DNA of 64,000 nucleotides from Octopus sinensis (taxonomy: Eukaryota): assembly GCF_006345805.1 (NCBI RefSeq), contig NC_043003.1:76570001-76634000 (forward strand), in the 5' to 3' direction. Positions 26,112 to 38,130 of this stretch are shown piece by piece (position 1 is the stretch's first letter; the number at the start of each line of letters is the position of its first letter). A program made the translations under genes and the position numbers. A model generated the notes under the pieces. That model was not told the origin of the DNA, made no database searches, and saw only the letters and a program-made list of their open reading frames with translations.

Positions 26112-26353
26112 GGAGGCGCAATGGCCTAGTGGTTAGGGCAGCGGACTCGCGGTTTCGATTCCCAGACCGGGCGTTGTGTGTGTTTATTGAGCTAAAACAC
26201 CTAAAAGCTCCGGCAGGGAGTGGTGATCCCTCTTCCTTCTGTTGGCCTGCTCGCTTAGCAAACGGGGTGGCGTCATTCGAAGGCTAAAACAATGCGAACG
26301 CATTGTGACCAACAATGTGTAACAACATCTGATGGTCTGGTCGGTCACGTGAT

Positions 26354-26362
<9 letters not shown>
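26110..26362 (+). mobile_element. tRNA-derived SINE (head/body shared with 1032-1338, different tail)
   Basis: TGGCCTAGTGG A box, TTTCGATTCC B box, GTGTGTGTTTATTGAGCTAAAACACCTAAAAGCTCCGGCAG body, tail ..CTGGTCGGTCACGTGATCACGTGATA. Confidence 0.85.
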
Positions 26363-26388
<26 letters not shown>

Positions 26389-26900
26389 ACATAGTTCTTG
26401 AACCGGTACTTCAAGTAACGACTATGGTAGGGTAACTGACTGCTTATTGTGATCATTTGTCTTTTGGTTTCCTGTAGCTTTGCTGTCTTTTACAAACCCA
26501 GTGAACATTATATTTCCTATTTCAAAGAAATTCAAACAATAGATATAAGACCCAAGTTAAAAAGATATTCAACAATTCAACTTCTCTGGTTGACATTAAG
26601 ATGCCCACCCCCAACAGGGGCCTTAACTCTCACATTTTAGAGCTCCATGACCTTGAGATTTTAGGAGCAAAATCTTTTTAACAGGTTCAATAACACTGGA
26701 ATATGCGCATAAAAATGAGTAGTATGGGATACATGTGGCACGATTACAATTTTTTTAGGGTGTGTAAAGAGGGAAATAAGCTTCATCTGCAATTTTGATG
26801 AAATTCGAAACGAAAATATTCCAGTTCATTACAGAAAATATAACAAAAAAGTAAAATTCTTCAATTGAATGTAACCGGGCAACGCTGGGTATCTCTGCTA

Positions 26901-26939
<39 letters not shown>

Positions 26940-26940
<1 letters not shown>

Positions 26941-27336
26941 TCTTTTACTCTTTTACTTGTTTCAGTCATGTGATTGTGGCCATGCTGGAGCACCGCCTTT
27001 AGTCGAGCAAATCGACTCCAGGACTTATTCTTTGTAAGCCTAGTACTTATTCTATCGGTCTCTTTTGCCGAACCGCTAAGTTACGGGGACGTAAACACAC
27101 CAGCATCGGTTGTCAAGCGATGGTGGCGTGGGAGACAGACACACAAACACATACATATATATATATATATACCTATATACGACGAACTTCTTTCAGTTTC
27201 CGTCTACCAAATCTACTCACAAGGCTTTGGTCGGCCCGAGGCTATAGTAGAAGACACTCACCCAAGGTGCCACACAGTGGGACTGAACCTGGAATCATGA
27301 GGGTCGTAAGCAAGCTATTTACCACACAGCCACTCC

Positions 27337-27337
<1 letters not shown>
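26940..27337 (-). mobile_element. SINE family A, near full length
   Basis: Reverse complement of the 20891-21312 copy. Confidence 0.95.
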
Positions 27338-27399
<62 letters not shown>

Positions 27400-27481
27400 G
27401 TATGTATATGTATATGTACATGTAGAGGTAGGTACGTACATATATGTTTATATATATGCATATGTTTTATTTTATTTATTA

Positions 27482-27540
<59 letters not shown>

Positions 27541-28117
27541 GATACATACATACATACATACATACACATTTACATATATACATATTCCCGTGTATGCATA
27601 CACACACTTATATTTATGCATATGCATTCGTTTTTTGTTTCCTTTTCTTTTCACATTACTTTATTCTACATGTTAAGAAATATATATGACAGGGTTAATC
27701 AACTTTCGATCTATTTAATAAATTTGCAGAGACCTGATCAACGAGATAATGCAGTTTCTCTCATGCAGTTCTCGCTGGATTTATAAACAGAGGAAAATTT
27801 TATCATAATATTTATTTTATTTTTTTATTTTATTTTTTTTTCACTTACAGTTGTATTAATGGTATGTAGTTCAAAATGTCAGAGCTGTGTGTAGTTTTAG
27901 AAATCAGTTAAGTTGTTGTGTGAAAGGAAATAAAATTACGAACGATTCTTGGTCATTTGCTCAAAGTCAGGTTTGGCGAGAGAAAAAAAAAAATTAAAAT
28001 TGAAATATACAAACTCATATTACTTGCTCCGGAAAAATCCCACCTCTAATTTTGGGGTTCGTCTCATGGCTGCATACAGTGGGGACGCATACACACACAC
28101 GCACACACACACACACA

Positions 28118-28161
<44 letters not shown>

Positions 28162-28209
28162 AGACACAGACTTACACGCCCACATATATATACATATAAA
28201 TAGATAATA

Positions 28210-28260
<51 letters not shown>

Positions 28261-28272
28261 ATATATGTGTGT

Positions 28273-28567
28273 TGGCGCAAGCGAGGCTCTGTGGTAAGTA
28301 GCTTGCTTACCAACCACATCGTTCCGGGTTCAGTCCGATTGCGTGGCACCTTGGGCAAGTGTCTTCAACTATAACCTCGGGGCGACCAAAGCCTTTTGAG
28401 TGGACTTGGAAGACAGAAACTGAAAGATGTTGGTGTGTTTACGTCCCCGTGACTTAATGGTTCGGCGAATATGGGCCGATAGATTTAAGTACTAGACTTA
28501 CAAAGAAAATGTCCTGGGGTTGATTTTTTCGACTGAAGGCGGTGCTTCAGCATGTCTGCCGTCAATG
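28273..28567 (+). mobile_element. SINE family A, internally deleted
   Basis: The head GGCGCAAGCGAGGCTCTGTGGTAAG..GGGTTCAGTCC joins the 3' half without the central microsatellite. Confidence 0.9.
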
Positions 28568-28594
28568 GAAGAAAATATATAGTATATATACGTG

Positions 28595-28705
28595 TAGCTT
28601 GCCTTCCAACCACATGGTTCCGGGTTCAGTCCCACTGCGACCACGGCCTTGTGACTATATTTGGTAGACGGAAACTGAAAGAAGCCCATCGAATATATAT
28701 ATATA

Positions 28706-28745
<40 letters not shown>

Positions 28746-28980
28746 TTTGCATCTATGTTTGTTCCTGTGTTTGCCCCTCCCATCACCACTTGACAACTGG
28801 TGTTGGTGTGTTTTCGTCCATGTAACTTAACGGTTCGACAAATAACCGATGGAATTAGAACTAGGTTTTTAAAAAAATAACAAGTCCTGGGGCCGATTCC
28901 TCGACTAAAAATCCCTGGAAGGTGATGCTCCAGTATGGTAACAGTGAAATGACTGAAACAAGTAAAAGAATGAAAGAATA
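28595..28980 (+). mobile_element. SINE family A copy
   Basis: GTAGCTTGCCTTCCAACCACATGGTTCCGGGTTCAGTCCCACTGCG .. GAAACAAGTAAAAGAATGAAAGAATA. Confidence 0.9.
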
Positions 28981-29709
28981 TATATGTATATACACACATA
29001 TATTTGCATATATATATGTATATATATGTATATATATATGTATATATATATATATGTATATATGTTCGCAAATACTTTTGTGTGCATCAACAAAAAAACG
29101 TATGAAATGATAGCTAGAGACAGACCATTATACAATGTCGCACGCAGAGACGTATGTATATATATACACACACATATATGAAATGTATGTACACGTGTAT
29201 GTGTGTATATATATGTGCGTGTGTACAAGAGAGAAAGAGACCAGAAACGCATAATATATTTAACACTGTTAGACTGTATATGCGATGCCTTAGCCATTCT
29301 ATTTAGATTGTTTAATAAAGAATTATCTTTGTATGTAAGCTTTCGGAGCAAGAGAGAATAGATTTAGGTGTTTCAATATAAACTGCGATGATTTATGCCC
29401 GGCCTTTACTCTCCTTTACTTATACAACAACAGCAACATTGGCGGTATATTTACATTAACCTACAAGACAAGAAGTGCGAGTTATCTGGTGGAGTGTTTA
29501 CTTGACTTTACTGTTCTTTAATGTATGAGTCATTTCAGAGTTGATTGGATACCTTTTGATTTATGTATCTCGTGAACAGTGAAATTGGTATACAAGTACA
29601 TATATATATATATTTATATATATATATATATACACACGTTGCATGTATATATTTGTGTGCATGTGTTTATATACATATATGCAATGCACGTGTGTATATA
29701 TGTGTATGT

Positions 29710-29763
<54 letters not shown>

Positions 29764-29913
29764 TATATATACATATATACATATATGTAGATGTGTAAAT
29801 ATGCGTGTTTGTGTGTATGTATGTATATGCAGGCAAATATAATGAGTGTACGTACATATTAAACCAATATCTCTCACCAACCAATCTCTAATACTATCTC
29901 TCTTTCTTTCTCT

Positions 29914-29970
<57 letters not shown>

Positions 29971-30019
29971 ACACATTGACGCACACATACACTAACACCC
30001 AAAACTCTAAGTAACCAAC

Positions 30020-30200
30020 GCCGCTGTGGTCTACACTTGCACACATCTGTCCACATACATACACTAGCCTGCCACACGGTAACACCAATAGCCCACTTCC
30101 AAAGAAAGATACACTCTCATATTTGCATCAACACAGCCGTGCCATCCGCCTTTTCAATACTCTCCCCACAAGAGCATCTTTCCTAACATTTCACCATTTT
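30020..30200 (+). mobile_element. Possible CR1/L2-like LINE 3' remnant
   Basis: HQHSRAIRLFNTLP resembles the terminal R.I.LWN.LP motif of CR1-group ORF2; this is a single motif only. Confidence 0.3.
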
Positions 30201-30689
30201 TTTACACTGTCTACTTTTCTATGTTACTTTCTTCTTTTTTTTTTGATGAAGGCCAAAAATCCGAAAATTTGAAACCGTTTCTCTTTCTAGTTAAGTGTTA
30301 AGCTAATAACTTTTCTGTCAAACAAAGTTTGACAGATAAGGTATTAACTTAACACTTTCAGAGAATGCAAGCGCATGGACAAATTTCAGAAAATGCAAGC
30401 ATATGGACAAATTTCTTTTGTGAACTTTTGGACACAACCCTCTCTGGTTCGAGCAACTGACTCACAGGCTTCAGGAATCCTCACCTTTGAATTATGAAAG
30501 AACCTCTAAGACCACTAATTTCAGCTGGTGTCTAATAAAAATATAGATGATTGCTTACAGCACCTCTTATAATGGACTGCCCGATAAATGTGTTCGATTT
30601 TTTTATTAATCATTTATTTTAGTCTTTACAAGTATCATTTGAATTGACACGAAAAACGTTATCATATTCGTATTTTTCGGAGTTTCTTT

Positions 30690-33330
30690 GTGTGTTTGTG
30701 TGTTTGCCCATGTCCACATTGGCGCATTCGGGAAGTCTTGTTGGTATCTGTCAGTCAATTAGAAACGACTGAGCAGATTTGTGAGGTTTCCTATCGGCTA
30801 GCCCTGCTCTGTCCAGGCGTGCATCGAAAGTGGCGGTCCAATCGCCCACTGGAACTAAAGACCGAGACATCCCAAGGAAAATCTCCATACGTCTGAACAA
30901 ATCTGGTTGCCCCGCCCCAGATATGGCATGCACAGCGACTAGATTGAAAGCACCACCTTCCCTGCTGTGTACATCCAAGATCACCAACTAACCTTCTGGG
31001 GCCAGAAGGTTGGTCCATATCTTGAGATCCAGGTTCATCGTAAACAGCACTGATACCCTGACCCAATTCCAGGCAGACTAAGAGATGCATAGATCTCGAA
31101 ATCGCAAAAATTGGGGCTAGATCGCGGGTGTCGGAAAATCGCTGACTGCAGTCATATGCATAGATAGTGACCTGAAGCGGTTGTGCAGATGACTCTTCTT
31201 CCAGAGCGACCCCAGAACACGAACATTTGTGCGAGCTACTCTTAAACACCAGAGGATGATGACCTGGCAGAATTTACAGAAGATAGAAAGGGGCATCTAC
31301 TTATCACTTGGGTGTCATTAGAGGTAATGTGGCGTAACGTCCATGAGTCGTTTGGGTTTTCTCTGAGAACACGTTTAAAAGCCTACACGTGGCCTTTACA
31401 TTAGAGGTTCCCACGTCTTGCAGGAAGCTCCTCCTAATGAGTTCATATGCCTCTATAGGCATCCGCACCAACACTAATGATTCTGGCACTTGAAAGGTGT
31501 TGGTGCCAAAGATCACACCTTCACTCCCGACATCCTTCCTTCCTGATAGGATCTCCATCAATTGTTTATTTGACCTCCTCGCTAGCACGAAATTTGGTGT
31601 TTATGAAGTTGCTTCTGGCTGTTGTGAGTGCTTGGTCGGTTGTTGCAGTTGGGTAGTGTTGTCGACGAAGTTTGTGATTGTGGTGCTGGAGTGGTTGGTG
31701 ATGCTGTACGTGTGTCTATGGCAGTTGTCGGTGTATTTTCTATGTGTGTTGATGTGGGACTTAAAGCATTTTTGAGATACCTTTTCGATATTTTTAATTT
31801 TTGCGTGTCCTCATTTTCGGTTTGTGTTGCCAATAAATCTGAGACTGTGGAATCAGTGCGTGGATCGATGGGTTTTAAGGTAGACGGAGAGAGGGAGGGC
31901 ATGGGTAGGCTTCATTGAGAGAGGGTGCTGTGTGTGTTCTTGTGTATAATCAGTTCTGCTGTCTAGGCAAGTAAAGCTGGTGCATCTCTTGCAGGTGTTA
32001 ATGGTATTGTTGGTGTTGCTGATGCTGCTGAAGCTGCTGGTGCTGTTACTATGGCTGGTGTTGCTGCTGTGACTGATGCTGATGATATTGCTGGACTTGC
32101 TGTTGTTACAGGGGTTGATGCTCATGTTGGTGTTGGTGATTTTCCTTCGTTTATTGGTTTTTGCTGTTCTTGTTGATGATGATGACATTGTTTCCGGAGT
32201 TGGTGCTGCTTTTGTTACTAGCCGTTGTCGGTTTAGTTGTTCCTGTTGAGGTTTTTGGGGACCTGGTGTTAGTAGTAAGAGACAACCATGGTTTCCTGTC
32301 TTCTGTTGGGGCAGAGGACTCTCAAGTGTCACGTCGCCCCACACAGGTGACACCGTGGTCTTCTATTGTCAACTGTGAAACGTAGTTCTTCTCCTCCTGG
32401 AAGGTGAATAAGACCTGGGATATTGTGAATAGCTTATTGTTGAATGTGGAGGAGTACCTCCACACTGGTTCCAGACCAATTTTCACGTCCTGTCCTTTTG
32501 ACCTCCAGAAGGCCGTTGCTCCCTTCGAAAACGATTGCTACGGGAGTGCACCACAGGGTTACCTCTGGTGGTTTCCCAGCGATCTTTAGGAGTACCATCC
32601 TCCTTCCTAAATAGGATGGATTGAGCACATATTCTTCGCTCCGACAGGGAACCACGGAGTGTTTGGCAGCCAGAGCTTCAGATTTAAAGAGCACTGAATT
32701 GCCCGGAAACTGTTAGGCCCTCGATATATGAACAATGTCGGGCATTATTTCTTTCAGGGCTCGTTCCATGTTCGCCTGCCTCGCAGTCCCTGGCCGCTTC
32801 GTGTGTACAGAGACGCATCTGTAAAACATAATTTTCTCTTTCGTTTCTACCAACATCTCGCGGGGGATAGCAATTCTGGCTTGCGCCTTTTCCAGTCTTA
32901 TTAACTTAGCTGCCTCAGCTAAACACATGACTTTCTGAAGCAGATCAATACCAAAATATTCTTTGCTTCTTGCTGCTGTATCTGCGAAAGAAGTAGTCTG
33001 GTCCATGTTGTAATTTATTACGATGTTATTCGTTGTCGTGTTGGCGGTGGTGGCGTTGGCTGTGGTCGAGACACTGTCACCATGAGATGTCTTTTGTTTA
33101 TTCGTTGTAGTGGTGGTTTTGCGAAGTGGTCTGTGGTCTTGATACTGTTCCTATGAGCTGTCTATTGAATTTGGAGTATTCCACTGAATTGGTGGGATTT
33201 CAAGTTCCTAGTTTGTGGTGTCGCTAAAGATGTTCGTATTAATATTTTCTGAAGTGTCTGCAATTTCGTGTGCGAGAATTTGAACCTGCTGTGTGTTTGC
33301 CCCCCCTCCTCTACTTCTGGGTAGTAGGGG
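30690..33330 (-). mobile_element. L1/Tx1-clade LINE, 5' half (ORF1 + APE endonuclease)
   Basis: ORF1: ..EEYVLNPSYLGRR..KIAGKPPEV..PGGEELRFTVDNRRPRCHLCGAT*HLRVLCP (CCHC). Endonuclease: VILDV..FNLVAVHA..FRRMEIFL..LVPVGDWTA..DFPNAPMWTW. Confidence 0.88.
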
Positions 33331-33377
33331 GAGGGCACTACGACGTCTTGCAACTCTCTCTCTCTCTTTATCTCCCT

Positions 33378-33438
<61 letters not shown>

Positions 33439-34689
33439 ACACATCTCACTCCTCTTGTATGTTCTTCAACAAGGTTGGTTTCGCTATATGAGTTTTCTTT
33501 TTAAATTAATTTTGAAATAATTATTTTTAGATTACAAGTACCAAGAAGGACACTAACAACACAAAGCGATCACCCTATGCAAAGGTGCTGCTTTAGAAAA
33601 ATGCTTAGTAACAAAATAAGCAATTAACAACATGGTACTGACTATAAAAGCAGAAAGCCTCTCTTTTGTGCCAGCTATAACCAAGGAGCAACACTTTCCC
33701 TTTCTCCTTCGCTTGACATAGAACAGAGTGGTGAAATTTAGTAGAAATGACCCGGACGTTGTTCCTCTTCGATTACTATCGCAAACAGCAGTAGCTTTCT
33801 TCAACTGAATACGTGTCGATGATTAGTTAAAATTACCAAAATACGACAATTTTAACACGAAATAACTTCTAAAATACGAAACGTTGATAGTGAACCGTGT
33901 TCAGCATGAGAAATTACACCAGCGTACGAACTTTCAAACTGTTTAGTTACCAAAAATAACTTTAAAAATCCGTAAGCGTAACCCAACAGATCCCATGCCT
34001 TTTATTGTAACATCACAATTAAATGCACGATTAAAAAATTTAAATAGATAAGTACCTGCCAATATATACAAACTCCATAATTACAAATACTGTAAACCCC
34101 AGCAAAACTTATAAAAAGAAAGAAAAATTTCAAAGAAAAAATTCAGAAATTCAATAAGGTGAGCATCAGAAAATATATATACTCATATATAATCATTTTT
34201 TCTATCAGTAAAAACAGAATAAGCTGAATTAGTTCTTTTCAAGGCCAATGCCAAGATCAGCACTCTCATTGATCGCTAGTATTACTAAACACACAATACC
34301 TCTGCTAACCCCAAGGGTGTGAGGTGTCTTTTGTCTCCTTATCGCACATGAATGCTTATTGCTTATCTCTTCACCATCTACCGAATCTATTTACGGACCT
34401 GTGGAATTTAATCTTTTAACCAAGCTGTCTCGCTTGCTCCTATTATTCCTTCAAACACTCACATATTTATGATTATCTCAAATACAAGACAAAAGTTGAA
34501 ACTAAACAATATTCAATAATACCTTTCAATAATAAATAGAAATAATAGTAATGATGGTAATAATAGTGATAATAATAATAATGCTAATAATTTAGCCTAA
34601 ATGCATGTCGGGTCAGAGAAAACATTAACAATTACAAATAGAAAAATGAAAATAATAATAACAGTGATGATAATAATAATTAAAGGAAG

Positions 34690-36925
34690 CGGTTGGGTCT
34701 CCCTACGCTCTGCTTGATGTTAATTGCGCAACCTGATAACCGTTACCTCATATGAGTGACATTGACTAAACAAAATATTTTGAATAACGGTGGTAATGAA
34801 ATTGAAGCCCTTCAATGTGACAGTATTACACCCGGCAGAGTCAGAGATACTGGTCCAACTCAAGCCTGTCGTTATCTAGCAAGGGACCAACACACACTGC
34901 GGAGATGGAACAAATAAGTCAATGCTGTGGTCATGGAGTGTTACTACCTCAGCAACTCCGTAGACGAAAACGGTGTTCGTCTTAGGGGATACCGACAACG
35001 TATTTATGATAAATGAAGAAAAAGAGGATTATTTCAACTCACGGAACGGATATTATGCGATCAAGCTAGCGCAATTAAAATAAACCGTTGGTTCACAGAA
35101 GTAGAGCTCGAAGCTATCAAAAGATGGGTATTGGAAAACAGCAGAGGAAACGATGGAAATTACAGTTCCTAGTAATTAAAGTAATCTCATATCAGAAAAC
35201 AAAGCTGAAATCTCTAATAAACCACAGGAAAGTAACAGTGCTGGCTTCCTCAATGAGAGACAGATGGTTTGGAAGAAGACGATAAAATTAATGGTGACAT
35301 GACAGATGAGCAAAAGACAATTTACGACAGAATAAAGGCAAGGCTGCAGGAGAACGATAGGGACATTATTAGCAACCTTAAAAATATTGATCGGTGGTAA
35401 TTGAACCAAGAAACGAAAAATGTGAATATAATTCTGAAATACATCGGAATAAAAAGCATCGTAGAAACAGAATACAGGCAGAGTTAGATATGCTATCGAT
35501 AGACATATCTGTGTTAGACCGAAAACAGAAGGGGGGGGGCTTAAATGCGTACAAAAATACAGAGCACTGAGCAGGAAGTATGATATTGAAAGATAGGGTC
35601 TGAGAATGGTAGTGGAGGAACTGAAACAGCGCGTCGTTGCAAAGAAAGGAAAAATGGTAAGATATAACCAACGGATGGAGGGATACCAGCAGAATAGATT
35701 ATTCAAAATAGATCAGAAGAGATTCTACAAAGAAATAAATGGCGAGTGTACAGATGAAAATTTGATACCAGATAACAATGAAAGTTAAAGGTTTTGGAGT
35801 TACAAGAACTGAAACAAACAGAAATCGGTCCAAAGCAGGCGGAACTAACCATTTCGGTTAGGAGAGTGAAGGAAATCAGCAAAAACATGGGCAATTAGAA
35901 GGGCCCGGGACCAGATGGCTATCAAAGATACTAGGTCAAAATATTTTGTGAATGTCACGCACGAATAGCTGTACAAGTCAACACCTTCATATATGCCAAT
36001 CAAGTAACACGGAGTGGTTGACAATGGGTAGGACAGTGCTGTGTTGAAAAAGTCGAAATTAAACGGACGGAAGAAGATTGAAGCTATCAACACCAGTGCG
36101 GTTTCACTACTTATATACGGCTCAGGGATAATCGCATGGACAGTGGCCGAACTAAGCAGCTTAGTCAGAAAGACAAGGAAGTTGCTGAATAGATATGGGA
36201 TAATCCATCCAAAAAATGACACAGACAGACTGTACGTACCAAGAAAAAGAGGGGGAAGAGGACTGATTGGATGCGAATACAGCATTAGAGCAGAAGAAAA
36301 CAACATACCCTGGTATATATAAAATGCTACAGAACCACTATTATTGGAAGTAAGAAGATCAGGCTGGTGTAGTATGGAAAATTGCAAAGATAAAGTACTG
36401 TACAAGAACTTGAGAATGAATGAAACTCATAATAGGTGGATAAAGAAAAGAATGCATGGACAATTTCATAGGGATGTTGAAGATAAGACAGACAGAGAAG
36501 AAAGATAACTGTGGATGACTAAAGGTGGTTTAGAATGGGAAACAGAGGTTCTAATCTGAGCTGTACAAGAGCAAACATTAAGAATGCATTACATCAAATA
36601 CAGAATAGACAACACATCAGAAAGTGATGGTTGTAGAATTTTGGGACAAAATGCTGAAACCGTATGGTATATTACCAGTCAATTTACGCCACTTGCCCAG
36701 AAATAATATAAGAGATGTCATGACAATATAGCAAGGATTGTCCGTTGGACACTTTGCAACAAATATAGACTTGACAGTGCAAAAAGTTGGTACAAACATA
36801 AACCCGAAACATCATCGAAAATGATAATGCAAATATCCTATGGGATTTTATGATTCAGTGCAACCATGAGATAGAAAATAGGAAACCAGACATAGTTTTA
36901 ATTGAGAAAGAAAGCAAACGATGCT
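34690..36925 (+). mobile_element. R4/Dong-like LINE with 5' region retained and RT core deleted
   Basis: GYRQRIY..LCDQASAIKINRWFTEVELE; RYNQRMEGYQQNRLFKIDQKRFYKEI; KGPGPDG; then KSKLNGRKKIEAINT..LYVPRKRGGRGL; MHGQFHR; HDNIARIV; LWDFMIQCNHEIENRKPDIVLIEK. Confidence 0.9.
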
Positions 36926-37466
36926 GTTCATAAATCAGAGACAGAATAATTTATCATAGCAACCCAGGATCAATGACTACTCACAAGAAACTACCTGGTT
37001 AACATATTAAAGAACAGCTGTAACCTAACATGTCGTGTATGTCGACAACAAAATGAAACCATTGACCACGTTGTCTCCATGTGCAGTCTTCTTGCGCCTA
37101 CAGCGTTTCTCAACAGGCATGATAGTGCAGCAAAATATATTCACTGGGTAATTTGCAAAATCCTGGACCTGCCACATGATAAAACTGGTGGGAACACGAA
37201 CCACCTCCATTGCTTGAAAATGATCACATCTCACTCCTCTGGAACTTCACCATTCAAAGTAACGGAAACATAGATGCGAATAGACCAGACATTATATTGA
37301 AGGACTCCAGACAAAGGTTATGCCTCCTCGTTGATATGAGTGTCCCAATCGACATAAATGTATTCGTCAAGACCTACCAAAAACTGAGCAAGTATTAAAA
37401 CCTTCAAATAGAAATTGGCAAAATGTGGAACCTTAAGACTAAAACAATAATCGTCGTCATAGGCCA

Positions 37467-37711
37467 TATGCCCGTGAGAATATGGCGTAGTGGTTAAGAG
37501 CGCGTGCTACTAACCCCACGATTCCGAGTTCGATTCCAGGCAGTGACCTGAAAAATAATAACAACAACAACAACAAATAATACCTCAGGAATGAGAACCC
37601 AGGTTCGAAATTTCTCCAAGACACCTGATGAAGTCTGAGGGTATATCAGTCGAAACGTTAACAACAAAAAATGAGGAAAATATCCGTCAATTGTAAATAA
37701 TGTAAACAATG
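37467..37711 (+). mobile_element. tRNA-headed SINE carrying a hammerhead-ribozyme-like 3' module
   Basis: A box TGGCGTAGTGG (37483-37493), B box GTTCGATTCC (37528-37537), (AAT/AAC)n linker, then CTGATGA..stem..GAAACGTT. Confidence 0.8.
37620..37659 (+). ncRNA. Minimal type-I hammerhead-like motif (stem I 3' strand missing in this copy)
   Basis: GACAC-CTGATGA-A-G.CTGA(GGGTATA)TCAG.C-GAAA-CG-T-T: both core boxes, stem II and palindromic stem III (AACGTT). Confidence 0.6.
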
Positions 37712-37959
37712 TTCAAAAGCTAGTGCTCTTGGAAACTGCCCATATCCTACGTAAAATACTTTCTATGTAATCGCAAAATTTAAAACAAACTCTTAAACAT
37801 TCTCTAGAACGATGCAATGTGCAAAAGCAAATGTATGACACCCTAGATATAACACCAACATGAACTTCTAACTTGTTGTATCTTGAGGTCTCTTGGCTAA
37901 GACTTGGAGCCAACTTGTACAAATACAAATCAAAAGTCAAACATATAATATTAAAAATA

Positions 37960-38018
37960 ATATTAATAATAATAATAATAATAATAACAACATCATCATC
38001 AACAACAACAACAACAAC

Positions 38019-38059
<41 letters not shown>

Positions 38060-38130
38060 TAATAATAGTAATAATAATAATTATAATAATAATAATGATG
38101 ATGATGATGATGATGTTGATGATGATGATG
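37960..38130. repeat. (AAT)n/(AAC)n/(GAT)n compound repeat
   Basis: Direct reading. Confidence 0.95.

Larger units (their letters stand above)
36930..37960 (+). mobile_element. Second R4/Dong-like LINE 3' fragment, interrupted at 37467-37711
   Basis: CRVCRQQNETIDHVVS..RHDSAAKYIHW..LWNFTIQ..NRPDIILKD..LLVDMSVP..KLSKY..EIGKMW..IVVIG // IQKLVLLETAHILRKILSM*, then 3' UTR ending at (AAT)n. Confidence 0.92.

Noticed and set aside
31930-32190. (TGC/TGT)n tract as a polyglutamine host gene
   Set aside because: It lies inside the L1/Tx1 ORF1 remnant between the knuckle and the C-terminal block.
37475-37550. tRNA gene calls for this and the other A/B-box heads (e.g. 57317, 26110, 7690)
   Set aside because: There is no complete cloverleaf or acceptor stem, and each head continues into a repeat body; they are SINE heads.
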